This document shows, piece after piece, positions 32,197-36,158 of a stretch of DNA of 36,158 nt. Both the position numbers and the translations under genes were made by a program. This stretch comes from an uncultured Eubacteriales bacterium (GTDB lineage: Bacteria; Bacillota; Clostridia; Oscillospirales; Oscillospiraceae), in assembly GCA_958427375.1 (NCBI GenBank), contig CAUABY010000001.1, positions 1 through 36,158 on the forward strand. Direction: 5' to 3'. The notes below the pieces were generated by a model. It saw only the letters and a list, made by a program, of their open reading frames with translations. It ran no database searches and was not told the origin of the DNA. The number at the start of each line of letters is the position of its first letter. The first letter of the stretch is position 1.

Positions 32197-34068
32197 ATGA
32201 TAAAGTACGATGCGGGAAAATGCGATATAGCGGTTATCGGCGCGGGTCACGCGGGGATTGAGGCAGCTTTGGCCGCGGCGCGGCTGGGGCTTGACACGGT
32301 GTGCTTCACGGTCAATCTTGACAGCGTGGGCAACATGCCCTGCAACCCGGCCATAGGCGGCACGGGCAAGGGGCATCTTGTGCGCGAGCTGGACGCGCTC
32401 GGCGGCGAGATGGCAAAGGCCGCGGACAAGGCCTGTATACAGTACCGCATGCTTAATCTCGGCAAGGGTCCGGCGGTACACTCACTGCGCGCGCAGGCCG
32501 ACAGGCGGCGCTATCAGGAGGTAATGAAGCACACTCTTGAGCTTCAGGAAAATCTGCGCGTCAAGCAGGCCGAGGTTGTCGATATCGGCGTTGAGGATGG
32601 GCGCGTTGTGTCCGTGACGACGCGCACGGGCGCGGTGTACGCCTGCCGCGCCGCGATTATCGCCAGCGGCACTTACCTTGGCGGGCGCACTATCGTGGGC
32701 GAGGTGCTCACAAGCTCCGGCCCGGACGGGCTGGCCGCGGCGACTGATCTGTCCCCCCGGCTTGCCGAGCTCGGCCTCTCCATGCGCCGCTTCAAAACCG
32801 GCACTCCCCCGCGCGTCAACGCACGCACGGTGGACTTTTCAAAGATGGAGCTCCAGCCCGGTGACGAGCAGCCGGAGGCTTTCTCCTTCACCGCCGGGCA
32901 TACGCCCGTCAACCGTGCTGTCTGCTATCTCACCTACACCAACGAACACACGCACGAGATAATCCGCGCCAACCTTGACCGCAGTCCCATCTACTCCGGC
33001 GTGATTGAGGGCGTGGGGCCGCGCTACTGTCCAAGCATTGAGACCAAGGTGATGACCTTTGCCGACAAGCCGCGCCACCAGCTCTTTGTCGAGCCGATGG
33101 GGCTGAACACCGAGGAGCTGTACATTCAGGGCTTCTCCTCTTCCCTGCCGGAGGAGGTGCAGATTGAGATGCTGCACACCATACCGGGGCTTGAGCACGC
33201 GGAGATGACGCGCTGTGCCTATGCCATAGAATATGACTGCGTCGACCCGACGGAGCTTTACGCCACGCTGGAGACGAAAAAGGTCTCCGGCCTATATGGC
33301 GCGGGGCAGTTCAACGGTTCTTCCGGCTATGAGGAGGCGGCGGTGCAGGGCTTTGTCGCAGGGGTGAACGCCGCGCTGAAAATAAAGGGCGAGGCGCCGC
33401 TCATCCTGCGCCGCTCCGACGGGTATATAGGCACGCTCATTGACGACCTTGTAACCAAGGGCACGAACGAGCCCTACCGCATGATGACCTCACGCAGTGA
33501 GTACCGCCTTTTGCACCGGCAGGACAACGCCGACCAGCGCCTTGCGCACATTGGGCGGCGCATCGGCCTTGTGTCGGAGGCGCGCTATCAGCAGGTGCTG
33601 GATAAATACGCCGCTGTGGATGCGGAGCTGACGCGCCTTGAGAACACCCACGCCGCGCCCAGCGCCGAGCTTGACGCGATACTCAGCGCAAGGGGCAGCA
33701 CCCCGGTTACCACCGGCATTTCCCTTGCCGGGCTCATCCGCCGCCCGCAGCTGAGCTATGCGGACACCGCGCCATTTGACCCGGCGCGCCCCGCGCTCCC
33801 GCGCGCGGTTTGTGAGCAGGTGGAGCTCAGGCTCAAGTACGACGGGTATATAAAGCGGCAGCTCAAGCAGGTGGAGGAATTCACCAGGATGGAGGAGCGC
33901 CCGCTCCCGGCGGACATAGATTATGACATGGTGCCGGGGCTTCGCATAGAGGCGCGCGAGAAGCTAAAGCGCATACGCCCGGCGAGCTTCGGACAGGCCA
34001 GCCGCATTTCCGGCGTATCCCCGGCGGACGTGTCGGTGCTGATGATATACACCGAGAGCAAAAAATAA
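32197..34068 (+). CDS. mnmG: tRNA uridine-5-carboxymethylaminomethyl(34) synthesis enzyme MnmG (GidA)
   Basis: FAD motif [36 protein letters not shown], and a GQ(F)NG(S)SGYEEAA block. Start set at ATG 32197. Confidence 0.95.
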   Translation: MIKYDAGKCDIAVIGAGHAGIEAALAAARLGLDTVCFTVNLDSVGNMPCNPAIGGTGKGHLVRELDALGGEMAKAADKACIQYRMLNLGKGPAVHSLRAQADRRRYQEVMKHTLELQENLRVKQAEVVDIGVEDGRVVSVTTRTGAVYACRAAIIASGTYLGGRTIVGEVLTSSGPDGLAAATDLSPRLAELGLSMRRFKTGTPPRVNARTVDFSKMELQPGDEQPEAFSFTAGHTPVNRAVCYLTYTNEHTHEIIRANLDRSPIYSGVIEGVGPRYCPSIETKVMTFADKPRHQLFVEPMGLNTEELYIQGFSSSLPEEVQIEMLHTIPGLEHAEMTRCAYAIEYDCVDPTELYATLETKKVSGLYGAGQFNGSSGYEEAAVQGFVAGVNAALKIKGEAPLILRRSDGYIGTLIDDLVTKGTNEPYRMMTSRSEYRLLHRQDNADQRLAHIGRRIGLVSEARYQQVLDKYAAVDAELTRLENTHAAPSAELDAILSARGSTPVTTGISLAGLIRRPQLSYADTAPFDPARPALPRAVCEQVELRLKYDGYIKRQLKQVEEFTRMEERPLPADIDYDMVPGLRIEAREKLKRIRPASFGQASRISGVSPADVSVLMIYTESKK

Positions 34069-34092
34069 AAAGCCGCGCCGCGGCTTTGCAAT

Positions 34093-35112
34093 ATGAATGA
34101 GAGGTCTATGAAGAAAGTAGTTTTGGGTTTTTCCGGCGGGGTGGATTCCGCCGTGTGCGCGGTGCTTCTCAGGCACGCCGGGTATGAGGTGCAGGGACTG
34201 TACATGGACAACGCGGACGAGGCCGCGCTTCGCGACGCAGTGCAAACCGCGGAGTTTATCGGCATCCCGCTTGAGGTGGCCGAGGTGCGCCGCGAGCTTG
34301 AAGAGCATGTGTGTACGCCGTTCACGCGCTCATATCTTCAAGGCGAGACGCCTAACCCCTGCGTTGTCTGCAACCCCGCGGTCAAGTTCAAAACTCTCTG
34401 TGCCGCGGCTGACCGGCTGGGCGCGGACTATGTCGCCACGGGGCACTATGCCCGCGCTGAGGGCACGGGCGCTATATATAAGGGCCGCCCGGCGAACGAC
34501 CAGACCTATATGCTCTGCCGCCTAACGCGCGAGCAGGCCGCGCGCGTCATCTTCCCGCTTGGCGCTTATGAGAAGAGCGAGACGCGCGCTATGGCGGAGG
34601 AGTTTGCCCTGCCGGTGGCGCACAAGGGCGACAGCATGGAAATCTGCTTCATCCCGGACAGGGATTATATCTCGTGGCTCGGCGGGCGCGCGGCGCTCCC
34701 CGGCGCGGGTGACTTCGTTTTTCACGGCGAGGTTGTCGGCCAACACGAGGGCATCTATCGCTACACGGTCGGCCAGCGCCGCGCCGGGCTTATTGACGAG
34801 CGAAAGGTGTACATTTCGCGCATCGACGCGGCGAACAACACCATAGAGCTCGCGCTCTGGGAGGAGCTGTTCAAAACCGAGGTCACGGCGCGCAATTTCA
34901 ACTGGCTCATTGACCCGCCGCAAACGCCGATACGCGCCACCGTGCGTGTACGGCACACCAAGTGGGAAAACCCGCCCTGCACCGCGTATGTCGACGGCGA
35001 CTATGTGCGCATCGAGTGTGACGAGCCTGTGCGCGCCCCGGCGGCGGGGCAGTCCGCCGTTTTATACGATGGTGACAGGCTCCTCGGCGGCGGCTTCATC
35101 GTACAGGGCTGA
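34093..35112 (+). CDS. mnmA: tRNA 2-thiouridine(34) synthase MnmA
   Basis: PP-loop GFSGGVDSAV. Catalytic Cys contexts NPCVVCN and SMEICFI. The start could instead be ATG 34108. Confidence 0.92.
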   Translation: MNERSMKKVVLGFSGGVDSAVCAVLLRHAGYEVQGLYMDNADEAALRDAVQTAEFIGIPLEVAEVRRELEEHVCTPFTRSYLQGETPNPCVVCNPAVKFKTLCAAADRLGADYVATGHYARAEGTGAIYKGRPANDQTYMLCRLTREQAARVIFPLGAYEKSETRAMAEEFALPVAHKGDSMEICFIPDRDYISWLGGRAALPGAGDFVFHGEVVGQHEGIYRYTVGQRRAGLIDERKVYISRIDAANNTIELALWEELFKTEVTARNFNWLIDPPQTPIRATVRVRHTKWENPPCTAYVDGDYVRIECDEPVRAPAAGQSAVLYDGDRLLGGGFIVQG

Positions 35113-35193
35113 TGACGTATAGGCTGACAGCGGCGCGAGGGAATAGCACAGGAAAGTATCGCGCAGGCAGAGAATATGATATGTCGAAAATGT

Positions 35194-35230
35194 TAAAAAG
35201 GCAGACGCGGTATTAAAGCGTCCGCCTTTT
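35194..35230. terminator. bidirectional rho-independent terminator (mnmA / convergent small gene)
   Basis: AAAAA-GGCAGACGC-loop-GCGTCCGCC-TTTT, with A-run and T-run on both sides. Confidence 0.8.
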
Positions 35231-35294
35231 CTGTATGCTTAAGCCAAGTGGCATTTAATCCCGCCTTCGGGTGCTGGTTTAGGTTAAGCTCAGC

Positions 35295-35573
35295 TTATTC
35301 GTCGGCAAAAACCTCTGTCATTATCCTTGCCCCAAGCCGAAAGCCGCTGACAAACATTTCCGACAGCTCATATAACATGACGTCAAGCCGCTCATCCATG
35401 ATTTCACCAAAGCGCTTGTCGAGCGGCGGATCCAATTTGCTCAGCATTTCCATGAATTCCTCATAGTGCGCCTCATTTTCCCGGCGGAGCCTGCGGTATT
35501 CCCCTCCTTTCGCGGCATACTGCTCCGCCGGGTATATCCTGCCAAAATAAAGCTGTTCCAGCACGCTTTCCAC
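35295..35573 (-). CDS. small helical hypothetical protein (92 aa)
   Basis: GTG start 8 nt after AGAGGGGGG. The sequence MESVLEQLYFGRIYPAEQ...FVSGFRLGARIMTEVF reminds me of small proteins carried on Clostridia mobile elements and phages. That is memory only, with no family name asserted. Confidence 0.55.
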   Translation of the reverse strand: MESVLEQLYFGRIYPAEQYAAKGGEYRRLRRENEAHYEEFMEMLSKLDPPLDKRFGEIMDERLDVMLYELSEMFVSGFRLGARIMTEVFADE

Positions 35574-35606
35574 TTTTTTGACCCCCCTCTTTTCAATTCA
35601 GCAATA

Positions 35607-35650
35607 TGTATTACGTATTATGTATTCATATACTATCATATGTTATATGA
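35607..35650. promoter_or_regulatory. repeat-rich divergent control region: three tandem heptamers plus a 15-bp palindrome
   Basis: TGTATTA-CGTATTA-TGTATTC at 35607-35627. TCATAT-GTT-ATATGA at 35636-50. TATAAT at 35669-35674 for the plus-strand gene. Confidence 0.5.
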
Positions 35651-35712
35651 ATGTCAAGTTATTTTGTTTATAATAATCTCATATATGTAATACAAAAATA
35701 CAGAGGTGTAAC

Positions 35713-35919
35713 ATGGCAGATAAATTTATAGTACGTCGGAAGAGATACGAGCGCAAGGAAGATAAATCCGTAGTTATGACCCTGCGGATGGACAGGGAAT
35801 TGCAGGAGGAATTTGACGCTCTCGCGGCGAAGAGCGACCGCTCCCGCAATGAGCTTATGTGCATGGCGCTGCGCTATGCCTTGGACAATCTGGAGTTCAT
35901 CCCGGATGACGGCAAATAA
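35713..35919 (+). CDS. ribbon-helix-helix (CopG/Arc/MetJ-type) DNA-binding protein
   Basis: 68 aa. The beta-strand plus two helices pattern reads SVVMTLRMDRELQEEFDALAAKSDRSRNELMCMALRYALDN. AGAGGTG RBS. Confidence 0.65.
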   Translation: MADKFIVRRKRYERKEDKSVVMTLRMDRELQEEFDALAAKSDRSRNELMCMALRYALDNLEFIPDDGK

Positions 35920-35931
35920 AAAAGCAAAAAA

Positions 35932-35969
35932 CAGCGGGAGAAATCACGAATCCATGCTTTCTCCCGCTG
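35932..35969 (-). terminator. 12-bp-stem hairpin, terminator-like on the minus strand
   Basis: CAGCGGGAGAAA/TTTCTCCCGCTG with a 14-nt loop. On the minus strand it is followed by TTTTTTGCTTTTTT. Confidence 0.55.
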
Positions 35970-36090
35970 ATTAAGCTAAGCTTCGATTCTCCCCTGCTTC
36001 AGCTGACATTTTGACTTTTTGCCGCAAACGGTATACTGTTAAACCACAAAGAGCAATGACCTACGGTCAGCTCTTCAAAGTAAAAATTTC

Positions 36091-36121
36091 AAGGGGATAC
36101 AGCAAAATGCTGTATCCCCTT
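36091..36121. other. 14-bp perfect hairpin
   Basis: AAGGGGATACAGCA-AAA-TGCTGTATCCCCTT. On the minus strand it is followed by GAAATTTTTAC. Confidence 0.6.
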
Positions 36122-36127
36122 CAGCTT

Positions 36128-36157
36128 GTCAAAAAAGTCTTTTTTGACTTTTTTGAC
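36128..36157. repeat. iteron-like cluster of GTCAAAAAAGT / TTTTTTGAC
   Basis: GTCAAAAAAG-T-CTTTTTTGAC palindrome (36128-36148), followed by a tandem TTTTTTGAC (36149-36157). The same 9-mer TTTTTTGAC (35574-35582) abuts the GTG start of the 92-aa gene. Confidence 0.7.
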
Positions 36158-36158
36158 C

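Noticed and set aside
35241-36158. Calling the right edge a mobile element
   Set aside because: No integrase, transposase, relaxase, terminal inverted repeat or att duplication is visible within the window. It is kept only as a hypothesis in the findings.

Overview
This is a 36.2-kb, gene-dense chromosomal window from a high-GC Firmicute. Gene content and GGAGG ribosome-binding sites suggest Clostridia/Oscillospirales, but that is inference only. I support 36 protein genes. I found no rRNA, tRNA, CRISPR array, transposase or integrase. All protein calls rest on reading the supplied translations for family motifs from memory; no database search was possible.

Gene layout, left to right:
- 1-526 (-): N-terminal part of a 2-hydroxyacyl-CoA dehydratase-family subunit. 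It is missing from the ORF track because it runs off the window.
- 717-5474 (-): a mtaB-serC-serA-alaX string.
- 5532-10970: an orphan cysteine desulfurase, an AI-2E-family transporter, a PBP5-type DD-carboxypeptidase and pgi.
- 11221-13694: an OmpR-type two-component pair with a divergent PepSY protein.
- 13931-14584 (+): a short, stand-alone thymidylate-synthase-fold protein.
- 14646-19496: an amino-acid ABC importer divergent from Rrf2-nifS/iscS-iscU.
- 19726-21609 (+): a YtrA-type GntR, ABC ATPase and membrane protein cassette.
- 21689-30531 (-): an IclR-headed locus. It holds a four-subunit 2-oxoacid:ferredoxin oxidoreductase, a Na+/solute symporter, a D-2-hydroxyacid dehydrogenase, a HadA/FldA-like family III CoA-transferase and an MFS transporter.
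- 30788-31996 (-): a membrane-anchored surface protein with a Cys/His module.
- 32197-35112 (+): mnmG-mnmA.
- 35295-36158: an AT-rich tail with a small helical protein, a ribbon-helix-helix protein, iteron-like repeats and strong hairpins.

Most worth a second look:
- the IclR locus, together with a duplicated 26-bp composite operator that overlaps its -10 element
- the truncated TS-fold enzyme, which keeps the pyrimidine-activating residues
- a 44-bp palindromic element present twice (43/44 identical, inverted) at two convergent gene junctions
- the surface protein
- the structured AT-rich right edge
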